Assembly: GCA_963692865.2 (NCBI GenBank)
Contig: OY843592.1
Coordinates: 3,648,001-3,712,000 of the forward strand
Length of the DNA stretch: 64,000 nt
Source: a bacterium
GTDB lineage: Bacteria > UBA8248
Direction: 5' to 3'
Shown: positions 29,851-39,301 of the stretch, piece by piece
Layout of the letters: each line of letters starts with the position of its first letter
How positions within the stretch are numbered: position 1 is the stretch's first letter
Program-made: the position numbers and the translations under genes
Notes under the pieces: generated by a model
Databases searched by the model: none
What the model saw: only the letters and a program-made list of their open reading frames with translations
Told to the model about the DNA's origin: nothing

Positions 29851-30495
29851 GTGTCCCGCGTACCCATGCTCGAATCAGGCGCCGACGACCCGGTCGTGAA
29901 CCACCTCTTCGACCACGCGAGCGTTCTGTTGAACCGGATCCCCAACGCCTGGCGCGTGATGGCGAACCAGCCCTACATCACGAAATTCATGCTGCCACTC
30001 ACCTCCTCGCTCCTGCGCCAGGGCCTTGGTTCGGCCCTCGACACCAGGACGAAAGAACTCGCCATCATCAACACCAGCCGTCTCAACGACTGCGCCTACT
30101 GACTGGCGCACAACACGCCGGTTGGTCAATCGGTCGGAATCTCGGAAGAAGATATCACCGCCATCGGCAAGGGCGACTACGGCCCCTTCACCGAAAAGGA
30201 GCGCGTCGTCCTGCTCTGGGCGGAGCACGTGACGCTCAACACGGCCAGGGAGCGGGACGACATATTCCAAGAGGTCAAGCGGCATTTCACCGACGCGGAG
30301 ATCGTGGAGCTCACCATGGTGATCACCTATTTCAACATGAGGAACAAGTTCAACGACGCGCTGGCGATTCCCATCGAGGCGCAAGAGGAGATCGACAGGA
30401 ACAAGATACGCCGGAAGAATCCAGATGACCTCAAGGCCTATCTCGAAGCCCTGCTCGCCGACTGGCCGGACGAATACCCCGAGGCGGGAAACTGA
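29851..30495 (+). CDS. AhpD/carboxymuconolactone decarboxylase family protein with in-frame UGA, probable selenoprotein (CxxU)
   Basis: GTG start after AAGGAG; LDTRTKELAIINTSRLNDCAY-TGA(30100-30102)-LAHN...FTEKERVVLLWAEHVT...HFTDAEIVELTMVITYFNMRNKFNDAL is continuous in one frame; SECIS-like hairpin follows. Confidence 0.85.
30117..30134 (+). promoter_or_regulatory. Putative bacterial SECIS element
   Basis: GCCGGTT-GGTC-AATCGGT stem-loop with a G-initiated apical loop 21 nt after the UGA. Confidence 0.65.
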
Positions 30496-30575
30496 GCCAA
30501 ACATCGCTTATAGCGATAGAAACCTTTATCTGCTACAAAATGGAGAATTACACGGGCCAGTTCGAAGGACGGACC

Positions 30576-30791
30576 ATGAAACTTCATTATTATCCCGAAA
30601 CCGACAGCCTTTATATTGAGTTCAGAACCGAACCGGGAGCGGAGGCGCGTGAGGTTTCAGACGGGCTCAATGTGGATATCGCCGCCGATGGCGGGGTGGT
30701 CGGCTTCGACATCGACCATGCGTCGCGGCGTATCGACCTCTCTACGCTGGAGACCGAGGCGCTGCCCCTGCGCTCCTTAAAGGCCGTTTGA
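30576..30791 (+). CDS. DUF2283 family protein (orphan antitoxin-like)
   Basis: MKLHYYPETDSLYIEF...GLNVDIAADGGVVGFDIDHAS. Confidence 0.85.
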   Translation: MKLHYYPETDSLYIEFRTEPGAEAREVSDGLNVDIAADGGVVGFDIDHASRRIDLSTLETEALPLRSLKAV

Positions 30792-30880
30792 TCCATAACA
30801 CGCAAGTCGTAGACTCCGGAAACATTGATTCATGAAAAAACCCTCCTTGCCAGATGAGTTCCTCTAAGCGGGAAGCTGAT

Positions 30881-32227
30881 ATGGCGAAAACCCTCATCAA
30901 AAACGCAAGCATCGTCTCGATGGACCCCGAGGTCGGGGAGATCGAGGGTGGCGGCGTCCTGATCGAGGACGGGCTGATCGCCGAGGTGGGAGAAAACCTC
31001 TCTGCGCCGGACGCCGAAACCATCGACGCCGGCGGCATGATCCTCCTGCCCGGCCTCATCAACGCCCACATGCACACCTGGCAGACCGCGCTTCGGGGCC
31101 TGGGCGGCGACTGGGGCGGGCGCAGCTATTTCGAGATCGCGCACGAGACGCTCGCCCCGCGCTACCGGCCCGAGGACATATATATCGCGACCCTCGTGGG
31201 CGCGTGGGCGCAGATGGACGCAGGAACCACGACGCTGTTCGACTGGTGCCACAACAACCCCACGCCCGAGCACACCGACGCAGGGATAGACGCCCTGGAG
31301 GAATCCGGCATCCGCGCCCTTTTCGGGCACGGAACGCCCAAGCCGAAGCCCAGGGAGGGCGAGCCGCACTATTCGCAAATCCCGCATCCCGAAGGCGAGA
31401 TCAGGCGGCTGCGGACGGGCCGCCTGGCTTCCGATGAGGCCCGCGTCACCCTGGCGATGGCCATTCTGGGGGCCGACTACTCCCCTCTCGAAGTGGCGCT
31501 CCACGACATGCGCCTGGCGCGCGAATACGGGCTGTTGTCGAGCGCGCACATCTGGGGCGACGCGGGCAGGAAGGTGCAGGGCGGCTACCACACTCTGGCC
31601 AGAGAGGGCGTTCTCGGCCCCGACCACAACCTGGTGCACTGCAACTACGTGGACGATGAGGAGCTTAAAGTCATCATCGACTCGGGCGCATCCATCACGG
31701 CCACCCCATCGGCCGAGATGCAGACGAACCGGGGCGAGGCCGTCTGCGGGCGCGTGAGCGCGCTCGGCGGCAGGCCGTCCATCGGCGTGGACCTCGAAAC
31801 CTACGTAAGCGGGAACATGCTCCACGCGGTGCGGCACGCTTTGCAGGTCCAGCGCATTTTCGACAACCGCCGCCTGGACGAGAACACCTGCCGCGCGCCC
31901 GCTCTCTCCTTCTCGGCGCGCGACGCCCTCGCGTGGGCCACCATCAACAACGCGCACGCGCTGGACATGGCGGACAGAATCGGCTCGGTCACGCCCGGCA
32001 AGCAGGCCGACTTCATCCTGATCCGAAAAGACGGCCTCGCCGTGACGCCCGCAGGCGACGCCGCCCGCGCCGTCGTCTTCTACGCGGAGCGCTCGGACGT
32101 GGACACCGTATTCATCGGCGGCGAGAAGGTGAAGGCGGGCGGTGAGCTGCTCATAGATTCAGAAAAGATTAACCGGGCGAAGGAGCGGCTCGCTGCGTCC
32201 GCGCGGTGGATTCGGGGCTCCGCCTGA
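30881..32227 (+). CDS. Amidohydrolase family protein (SsnA/AtzA-like)
   Basis: PGLINAHMH, GTTTLFD, LVHCN, IGVD, ATINNAHAL, GSVTPGKQAD. Confidence 0.9.
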   Translation: MAKTLIKNASIVSMDPEVGEIEGGGVLIEDGLIAEVGENLSAPDAETIDAGGMILLPGLINAHMHTWQTALRGLGGDWGGRSYFEIAHETLAPRYRPEDIYIATLVGAWAQMDAGTTTLFDWCHNNPTPEHTDAGIDALEESGIRALFGHGTPKPKPREGEPHYSQIPHPEGEIRRLRTGRLASDEARVTLAMAILGADYSPLEVALHDMRLAREYGLLSSAHIWGDAGRKVQGGYHTLAREGVLGPDHNLVHCNYVDDEELKVIIDSGASITATPSAEMQTNRGEAVCGRVSALGGRPSIGVDLETYVSGNMLHAVRHALQVQRIFDNRRLDENTCRAPALSFSARDALAWATINNAHALDMADRIGSVTPGKQADFILIRKDGLAVTPAGDAARAVVFYAERSDVDTVFIGGEKVKAGGELLIDSEKINRAKERLAASARWIRGSA

Positions 32228-32301
32228 GGCGGAGAGTAGCGTCATTCTGGCGTCATAACCGATAGATGAGGAATTGCGCCTCCGGCGCAGGGGTCGCATA
32301 G

Positions 32302-32752
32302 GGGGTCGTTGAAAAAATCCTCATTTCATGGTTCGGAGAATGGAGCCGACTGGGGAGGGAGGAAAAACACTCACCCGTGCAGAACGCCAATCAACCACTC
32401 CCCCCTTGAGGGGGAGTCAGCAAGACGAGGGCCAAGCCCGAAGTCGCGCTGGTGGGGGGAGCTTTTTTTGTGGCACGTCCCCCTGCCGGGTAGAAGGGGC
32501 TTTGCTTTTTCTTGCCCCCCTGACAAAGGGGGGTTGTCTTTACCCTGTCAGGGGTGCTTTTCCAATTCTGGAATTACCCCCCCCACCGGTTCACTTGCGG
32601 ACTTCGTCCTTAGTTCACCGACTCCCCCTCAAGGGGGGAGTGGTTCTTGCTCTTTCATCGGTTGCCGATGACCCTCAGGGGGATTCATTTCATGAGCGTA
32701 TGTCGATTGAGAAATTTATTTTCCTGTTTCGGGGGACTCTTTCAACAACCCT
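32302..32752. mobile_element. TIR element inserted into a GTAG-type REP, containing a family-5 REPIN with a nested family-4 fragment
   Basis: GGGGTCGTTGAAAAAATCC / GGACTCTTTCAACAACCCT; flanks GGGGTCGCATA and GTATGCGGCCCC rejoin into a REP; REPIN 32393-32645. Confidence 0.75.
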
Positions 32753-32794
32753 GTATGCGGCCCCGATGGAGCAACGGGGCGCTCGAAATCCCCC

Positions 32795-33052
32795 TCACCG
32801 CCGATACGCCTCCCGTCGATGGGCGACGTGGATGACCAGCACAACGAGGGCGTCGTCCTGCACTTCGTAGACCACGCGATGGTCGCCGATGCGAAGGCGC
32901 CGCAAACCTCGCAAATCTCCCTTGAGCGCGCTGCCCAGAAAAGGATTTTCCGCCAGCCGATCGATGGCCTCGACGACCCGCACGCGATCCGCCTTTGCAA
33001 GGCGTCTCAGTTCCCTGACTGCGCTGCGTTTAATCCGTATCGAGAAGTTCAC
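32795..33052 (-). CDS. relE: RelE/ParE family toxin
   Basis: IKRSAVRELRRL...LAENPF...LKGDLRGLRRLRIGDHRVVYEV...VAHRREAYR. Confidence 0.88.
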   Translation of the reverse strand: MNFSIRIKRSAVRELRRLAKADRVRVVEAIDRLAENPFLGSALKGDLRGLRRLRIGDHRVVYEVQDDALVVLVIHVAHRREAYRR

Positions 33053-33251
33053 GCCTCACCCGATCCCAGTCCAGGACCGGATCGCTCGGGTCGCGCAGCC
33101 GCTCCACGGCCACCGAGAGATCGTCGAAGTCCTCCAGGTAAGCTTCAATCGCCTGGCGGACAATCTCCGCCCGGCTGCGTCTGAGGCGGCTCGCCGCCGC
33201 GTCCAGCGCATCGACGACTTCATCCGGCAAACGTGCTGTAATCTGGCTCAT
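33030..33251 (-). CDS. Ribbon-helix-helix (RelB/CopG-like) antitoxin
   Basis: ITARLPDEVVDALDAAASRLRRSRAEIVRQAIEAYLEDFDD; overlaps the toxin start. Confidence 0.87.
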   Translation of the reverse strand: MSQITARLPDEVVDALDAAASRLRRSRAEIVRQAIEAYLEDFDDLSVAVERLRDPSDPVLDWDRVRRELLDTD

Positions 33252-33360
33252 AGCGCCTCCCTGAAATCATGTAATGTCAAAAGCATTATATCACATTGAC
33301 GCAATGCTCAAGTCAATAGATCATGAAAGGACGATCACCGAATCCGCACGTTGGATAAGG

Positions 33361-34824
33361 TCAATACCCATCTTCGCCATATTCCCCAGGCGTGGGCGTC
33401 GCGCCGGTTTTGGCCGTTTCGATGACGTGGTCGCGTCCGCCGAGCCGCTCGATGAGCGCCGCCTGATCGCGCTTGGCGCGCGCGTCCGCCTCTTCGGGGT
33501 CGAGAACCCCGCGCAGGGCGCCTTCGAGTTCGGCGATAACGGACGCGCTCTCCGGCTTTCCGGCGAGATCGTCCTGCTCCTCGGGGTCTGTTTCCAGGTC
33601 GTAGAGTTCAGGCGGGTAGTCCACGTAGTGGATGTATTTCTTCCGGCCCTTGCGGATGAGGTAGGCCGCCGTCTCGGCGCCCGAGGCGTGGTATTCGCTG
33701 AAGACGACTCGCTCGGGATCGTAGGGCGCGCGCGCGATCTCATAAAGCGAACGGCCCGCGCGGCTCTTGTCCTCATCATTGGGCGCAACGCCCATCGATT
33801 CGAGGATGGTGGGGTAAAAGTCGATCAGCGAGGCGGGCGTCTCGACCACCGCGCCCGCCTCGACGTCCGGCCCGGCCATCATGAGCGGTACGGCGGCCGA
33901 TTCCTCGTACATCGTGCCCTTGCCCCAGGTTCCCCGCGCGCCCAGGTTCTCGCCGTGATCGCTCGCGAAGATAACGCGGGTGGAATCCGCGAGACCCGCG
34001 CGCCCGAGGCTTTCCAGCACGCGGCCCACCAGATCGTCCAGGAACGTGCAAAGCCCGAAATAAGACGCGATGGCGACGCGCCTTTTTTCATCGTCGAAAA
34101 AGCTGTCCGACGGCACGTATTTCCTGTACGCCTCTATCCAGGGGTGCCGGGGACGGCCGTCGAGCGCGTGGGCCTTGGGCATGGGCACGGCGTCCGCCGG
34201 ATACATGTCGAAATACTCCTTCGGCGCCATCAGGGGAAAATGAGGCGATACGAAGGAGACGAAGGTCATCCAGGGTTTTTGGGGGTCTGCGTATTTTTCC
34301 GCCTCGTTCTCGAGCCAGGCGCAGGCTTTCTCCGCAATGTCCAGGTCGTAGTTCGTATAGCTCGTCTCGCCCGGACCTATCTCGCGCGCGAGCTTGTCCG
34401 CCTTCTGGACGATCAACTCATCTCGGATGGAGCCCAGCACGCTGCCCACGCCGCCGTCGCGCGCGTGCATGGGCACGATTTGCTCGTCGAAGCCGGTGGG
34501 GTCCGTAATGTTCCTGTAGTGGAGTTTACCGATAGAGGTAACGCGCCGACCCTCGGCCTGGAGGCGATGCCCCCAGCCCGCCGGCTCGCCCGTGTATGGA
34601 CTCGCGTTGTCCCAGCAGCCGATCTCGTGCACGTAGCGGCCCGTGGCGAAGCTTGCCCGCGCGGCCGTGCAGATCGGGGAATTCGTATAGGCGCTCGTAA
34701 AGCGGACGCCCGAGGCCGCCAGACGGTCGATGTTCGGCGTTTTCACCACCTGATGGCCGCAGCAGCCGAGCGTCTTGACGCTCAACTCATCCGCCATGAT
34801 GACGAGCAAATTCATCGGTTTCAT
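33361..34824 (-). CDS. Sulfatase (choline-sulfatase-like)
   Basis: NLLVIMADE, TPNIDRLA, CTAARASFATG, GKLH, SPHFP, SDHGE, ELYDLETDP. Confidence 0.9.
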   Translation of the reverse strand: MKPMNLLVIMADELSVKTLGCCGHQVVKTPNIDRLAASGVRFTSAYTNSPICTAARASFATGRYVHEIGCWDNASPYTGEPAGWGHRLQAEGRRVTSIGKLHYRNITDPTGFDEQIVPMHARDGGVGSVLGSIRDELIVQKADKLAREIGPGETSYTNYDLDIAEKACAWLENEAEKYADPQKPWMTFVSFVSPHFPLMAPKEYFDMYPADAVPMPKAHALDGRPRHPWIEAYRKYVPSDSFFDDEKRRVAIASYFGLCTFLDDLVGRVLESLGRAGLADSTRVIFASDHGENLGARGTWGKGTMYEESAAVPLMMAGPDVEAGAVVETPASLIDFYPTILESMGVAPNDEDKSRAGRSLYEIARAPYDPERVVFSEYHASGAETAAYLIRKGRKKYIHYVDYPPELYDLETDPEEQDDLAGKPESASVIAELEGALRGVLDPEEADARAKRDQAALIERLGGRDHVIETAKTGATPTPGEYGEDGY

Positions 34825-34844
34825 GCGTAGAGCCCTCTGTTTGC

Positions 34845-35117
34845 GGGGTGGTTGAAAAAGCCCTGATTTCTAGATTTGTCGTATGTAACCGACCGACGAG
34901 AGAGAAAAACCACTCCGCCCTTGGGGCTCGGGCCGATCCACTCTCCCTTTGGTCGGGATGTAAATACTCATGTAGGGGTCGCATAGTATGCGACCCGCTT
35001 TGTAAAGACGAAAAGGCGGGGCCGCATGATATGTCAGACATATATGTCTGACCTACAAAAACCGCCCCTTTCTGATTATGCCAAACCCTCGTTCATCAGG
35101 TCTTTTTCAACAACCCC
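34845..35117. mobile_element. TIR element with near-perfect 5-bp TSD carrying a hybrid GTAG REPIN
   Basis: GGGGTGGTTGAAAAAGCC / GGTCTTTTTCAACAACCCC; flanks TTTGC (34840-34844) and TTTGT (35118-35122); REPIN 34972-35056. Confidence 0.8.
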
Positions 35118-35157
35118 TTTGTTCTGTGAATTGGGCGTTCGGGCGCGGCGCTTCGCC

Positions 35158-36033
35158 TCACATGTGCGGCCATACCGGGTCCGTCCGGTTGCCGAGCGGA
35201 CCCGAGGGATGTTCTTCGAGATAATCGTAGATGTTGCCGAGCCCTCCCCTTCTCAGCATGGTGAGCCGCTCTCCCAGGTGATCCATGCTGTTCAGATCGG
35301 TCTCATACACTTCGAATACCTTGTCCTGCACCTCCTCGCGGCTGAGTCCACCGTTCTTGAGAATCCTGACCTTGTCGATCAACTCATGGAGCTTCTCGCG
35401 CTGGCGGGGTATCTCGTCCTTCCGGCAGGGCCTGCCGTGCCCGGGCACGTACCAGTCCACGTCCAGGGCTTCGAGCACGCCCAGCGACTGGAACCAGCCC
35501 CACACGTCGGCGGAATGGCACGCCACGTTGAAGGCGGGCGTGAGGTTATCCGCCGTGAAGGCGACGCGGTCCTCCACCGCGTGGACGACCGTCTGCCCGC
35601 GCGTATGGCCGGGGGATTCGATGAGGATGAACGTCTTGCCGCCCAGACGAATCGTCATCCGCCCCTTGTAGGTGAACTCGGGGGGCCTGAGCTCGAAACC
35701 TTCCAGCAGCGCCTCGTTCTCGGGGTCGTACTTGAGCATGCGCTCCTTGCCCTCTTCCGGCGTGGCGATGGAGGTGTAGAAATCCGCATAGGTGATCTCG
35801 CTCGAAACGATCCGCTCAGGCTCAAGGAACCAGTTCGCCGCGATGTGATCCTGGTGATGCTCGGTGTTGACGAGGTAGCGAAGCGGGCCCTTCTCTGCGA
35901 TGAAATCGCGCCAGGCGATGGCTTCGGAGGGCCGCATGGGGCCGTCGACCGCGATGACGCCGTCATCCGTCGCCACCATGCCCACCGTCGGGTAGCAATC
36001 ATAAAAAAAGACGTTCTCGGTCAACTGCTCCAA
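35158..36033 (-). CDS. MBL-fold metallo-hydrolase (cyclase-like)
   Basis: NTEHHQDH, PGHTRG, FTADN, VPGHG. Confidence 0.85.
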   Translation of the reverse strand: MEQLTENVFFYDCYPTVGMVATDDGVIAVDGPMRPSEAIAWRDFIAEKGPLRYLVNTEHHQDHIAANWFLEPERIVSSEITYADFYTSIATPEEGKERMLKYDPENEALLEGFELRPPEFTYKGRMTIRLGGKTFILIESPGHTRGQTVVHAVEDRVAFTADNLTPAFNVACHSADVWGWFQSLGVLEALDVDWYVPGHGRPCRKDEIPRQREKLHELIDKVRILKNGGLSREEVQDKVFEVYETDLNSMDHLGERLTMLRRGGLGNIYDYLEEHPSGPLGNRTDPVWPHM

Positions 36034-36075
36034 TGGTTCATCCTCCTGAACGGCGTCCGGGAAGAAAGCCTATCC

Positions 36076-36960
36076 CTATTCGCTCAAACCCGCCTCGCGC
36101 TCGAACCACTCTCGTATGACGCCTTGGTCCAGATCGCCCAATCCCATATCCATCGCTCCCTGATACACCTCTTGAACCGCGTCGATCACCGGCGCGGAAG
36201 CGCCGTTCGCGCGGGCGAACTCCTTGATGAGACCCAGGTCCTTGTGCATGAGGGAGAGCGCGAACTTCACGGGTTCATATTCTTTTTTTCTCAAGCCCCG
36301 GCCGCGCGTGTTCATCACGCGGAACACGGTGCTCGAATAGAGGTATTCCATCATCTGGTCCGGGTCCAGGCCCGACTTCACGCCCAGGGTGAAGCCCTCC
36401 GCCAGTGCGCATAGCTGGGAGGAAACGAGATGGTTCGTGATGAGCTTCATCCTGAGTCCCGATCCGTTGGGGCCGAAATAATCGAGCAACTCGCACGCGC
36501 AATCGAGCACGGCGCGGTGCGCGTCCAGAACCTCTTTCTCACCTCCCACCATGAAGCCAATCTTCGCATCGCGCGCGATGATGGCGTTTCCGCTGATGGG
36601 GGCGTCCAGAAAATGAAATCCTCGGCTCGCGGCTTCTTCGGCGACGGCGATACTCTCCTCGGGCAGGATGGTGGAAAAATCAAAGCACACCGCGCCTTCT
36701 TTCGCTGTGAGCAGCGCGCCCTTCTCCCCGAGAAAAGCGCCGCGCACGTGCTCGCCCTTAGGCACCGAACTGCACACGTAGTCCGCCCCCCGGGCCGCCT
36801 CGGCGGGAGAACCGAAAACGGCTATCCCCGCCTCGCGCGCCGCCTGCTGCGCCGCCGGACTCGGGTCGTAGCCCACGACATCGAAGCCGGCCTTCTTCAT
36901 GTTACCGGCGACGGCCCCGCCCATGTTGCCGAGTCCCAAAAATGCGATTCTCTTCGCCAA
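36076..36960 (-). CDS. NAD(P)-dependent beta-hydroxyacid dehydrogenase (3-hydroxyisobutyrate dehydrogenase family)
   Basis: FLGLGNMG, FLDAPISG, MKLITN, LMHKDL. Confidence 0.9.
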   Translation of the reverse strand: MAKRIAFLGLGNMGGAVAGNMKKAGFDVVGYDPSPAAQQAAREAGIAVFGSPAEAARGADYVCSSVPKGEHVRGAFLGEKGALLTAKEGAVCFDFSTILPEESIAVAEEAASRGFHFLDAPISGNAIIARDAKIGFMVGGEKEVLDAHRAVLDCACELLDYFGPNGSGLRMKLITNHLVSSQLCALAEGFTLGVKSGLDPDQMMEYLYSSTVFRVMNTRGRGLRKKEYEPVKFALSLMHKDLGLIKEFARANGASAPVIDAVQEVYQGAMDMGLGDLDQGVIREWFEREAGLSE

Positions 36961-36972
36961 TTTCCCTCCTCC

Positions 36973-38058
36973 TCAAGCGCCATACCGTCGTATGGCCTCC
37001 TCAGAAAATTCCATCCCGTGGCCGGGGACGTCGGGAACCGCCATGCAGCCGTTTGCTACTGCGAATTCCCGCGTAAGCGTCTCTGCAGGCAGCATCTCCA
37101 CATACTCCACCATATAGCCGCTCGGCGTCGCGGCGAGGAGGCTCACGGAAACCTCCTGGAGGAGATGCGCGCACAGCGAGAGATTGTAGGCCTCCGCCAG
37201 ATGAGCCGCTTTTCGAAACTCCGTCACGCCCCCGCAGCGGCCCACGTCCGGCTGGAGATACGCCGCCGCCCTCCTCTCGCATATCTCCCGAAAGCCCCAG
37301 CGCATGTAGGCGTTTTCACCCGCGGCGATGGGCACGGGACTCCTCTCGGCCACTTCCGCCAGATCATCCACCGAATCGGCGAGCACGGGCTCCTCGAACC
37401 AGCGCACGTCGTAATCGGCGAGCATGGCGGCCACCTCGAGCGCCTCTCGGGGGCTGTACTTCTGGTTGGCGTCGGCGAACAGGACGACCGACTCGCCCAC
37501 CTCGTCTCTCAAGAGGCGGACCCGCTCCTCATCCCGGTCCGTCCCCAGCTTGAGCTTGTACGCGCCGATTCCCTTCTCCATGAAGCCCATACACTCATCC
37601 ACCATCTCTGCGTCGGTGAAGGTGAGCCAGCCCCCGCTGCCGTAGACGGGAATCTCGTTCCTGAATCCGCCCAGTATCCGGGCAAGCGGCAAACCCGCCG
37701 CCCTGGCGAGCGCGTCCCAGCAGGCGGTGTCTATTGCGGAAAGCGCCTGCACGCCCAGCCCGCCGCGCATCCTCGGTTTGTTCGGTCCCCACAGACGCAT
37801 CCAGAGCGCCTCGGGCGCCAGGGCGTCCTGCCCCACCGCCAGGGGAGCCAACTCTTTTTCGATGTAGGGAACGAGCGTCGTTGAAGTCTCCCCGCCCAGT
37901 CCCATCACGAAGCCGCAGCCCGTCGGTCCGTTTTCGGTGTGGAGAAAGACCACGAGGTAATCGAGCTCCGATTTCGTGCTGTTCGCGCTTCCTATCGCGC
38001 GGGCGAGGGGAACCTTGAGCGATTTCGCCTCTACGCCGATGATCTTCAGTTCAGACAC
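36973..38058 (-). CDS. Mandelate racemase/muconate lactonizing enzyme family protein
   Basis: SAIDTACWD, YKLKLG, DANQ, WFEEP, GEN, QPDV, PGHG. Confidence 0.9.
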   Translation of the reverse strand: MSELKIIGVEAKSLKVPLARAIGSANSTKSELDYLVVFLHTENGPTGCGFVMGLGGETSTTLVPYIEKELAPLAVGQDALAPEALWMRLWGPNKPRMRGGLGVQALSAIDTACWDALARAAGLPLARILGGFRNEIPVYGSGGWLTFTDAEMVDECMGFMEKGIGAYKLKLGTDRDEERVRLLRDEVGESVVLFADANQKYSPREALEVAAMLADYDVRWFEEPVLADSVDDLAEVAERSPVPIAAGENAYMRWGFREICERRAAAYLQPDVGRCGGVTEFRKAAHLAEAYNLSLCAHLLQEVSVSLLAATPSGYMVEYVEMLPAETLTREFAVANGCMAVPDVPGHGMEFSEEAIRRYGA

Positions 38059-38094
38059 GCTTCACACTCCGCTAAATCTCACGCTTTCATACGG

Positions 38095-38140
38095 CAAAAC
38101 AAAGGCTGCGGAGGCTCGACATACGCCCCCGCAGCCTTTT
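38095..38140 (-). terminator. Intrinsic terminator after the substrate-binding protein gene
   Basis: AAAGGCTGCGG...CCGCAGCCTTT hairpin followed on the minus strand by GTTTTG. Confidence 0.6.
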
Positions 38141-38159
38141 AGGCAACGAATCGAAAAAC

Positions 38160-39170
38160 CTAGTTCATCTTCATGCTGGCCAGCGCCTTCTCGAGCGGGC
38201 CTCTCTCGATGCCCTCGCCACCGGCGAAATTCGGCAGGCGGCGAATCTTGCCGCGGCCCTTCTGCACCTTGGCCGTCGCGTTGAGCGCGTTGATGATGCG
38301 CGGCGTGATTTTATACAAAGGCCGCACCACGTCGATGGAGCGCCTGGCGATGGAGTAGTCTACCTTGCGGCCCTTCGAGATCAGCCATTTGTGATAGACC
38401 TTGGCGAACTTGTCGGGGTCTTTCTTCCACAGGTTCGCGGATTTGAGATAGGCGCGCAGATATTTCGTCACGCCTTCGGGGTTGCTCTTGAGCGTCCTGG
38501 GATTCGCGAGCTCGATGAAGATCATGGCCGGCGGATTGTCGTACTTGCAGTAATCCACGATGGGACGGGCCCATTTCTTGTCCGTCAGGCGGAACGACGT
38601 GGGCGCGCCGATGACCATCGCCTGAACCACCTTGGCCCGGAAGGCGGAGAGGCGCTCCGCCGTCGTGGTGTTCATGATCTTGATGTCCTTGGGCTTCATG
38701 CCGAATGCGGGCAGGATGCCGTTGTCCAGCACGAAGTGGGTGGACGTGCCCTTCTTCTCGGCCATGGTCTTACCCTTCAAATCGGCCACCGTCTTGATCG
38801 GAGAATCGGGACGCACCCATATCGAGATGGATTTACACCAGGAGGAGCTCGCGGAGATCATCACGAGCCCCGCCTTCTTGGCCACGCCGTCCACGTAGGG
38901 CCGCGTAGCGCCGTGGCCCACGTCGAGACTGCGCGAGAGCAGCGCCTCGATGACGAGCTTGCCCTGCGGGAAGACCTTCACGCTCCAATTGCCTTTTCCG
39001 AATTCCTCGTCGAAATAACCCATCCCCATGGCGACCGCCGTGAAGGAGCCGAACGTCTGGCGGTGCATGCCGATGCGGAACTTGGCCGCCTCGGCGTCCG
39101 TCGCCTGGAAGCCGACCGGCGCGAGGCTCAACGCGAGGACCAGACACAAAAATCCGAACCACTTTCTCAT
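38160..39170 (-). CDS. SsuA/TauA-like ABC substrate-binding protein
   Basis: Signal peptide after a GGAGAGG RBS; SPIKTVADLKGKT...KGTSTH. Confidence 0.82.
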   Translation of the reverse strand: MRKWFGFLCLVLALSLAPVGFQATDAEAAKFRIGMHRQTFGSFTAVAMGMGYFDEEFGKGNWSVKVFPQGKLVIEALLSRSLDVGHGATRPYVDGVAKKAGLVMISASSSWCKSISIWVRPDSPIKTVADLKGKTMAEKKGTSTHFVLDNGILPAFGMKPKDIKIMNTTTAERLSAFRAKVVQAMVIGAPTSFRLTDKKWARPIVDYCKYDNPPAMIFIELANPRTLKSNPEGVTKYLRAYLKSANLWKKDPDKFAKVYHKWLISKGRKVDYSIARRSIDVVRPLYKITPRIINALNATAKVQKGRGKIRRLPNFAGGEGIERGPLEKALASMKMN

Positions 39171-39301
39171 CTTGTTTCTCCTCTCCAAAGATAAAGATGG
39201 ACAGCTTGCCTCACGAAAGCGTGAACGACTTTTCTGAACCGGATAGGCGAAGTATGACACAAGCGGGGTTTCATTGCATCCGGCAAAATGCGCCCCTGCC
39301 C

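Noticed and set aside
29851-30495. Calling the AhpD-like gene a nonsense pseudogene or two genes
   Set aside because: The stop falls exactly on the redox Cys position, is UGA, is followed by a SECIS-like stem, and both halves are otherwise intact
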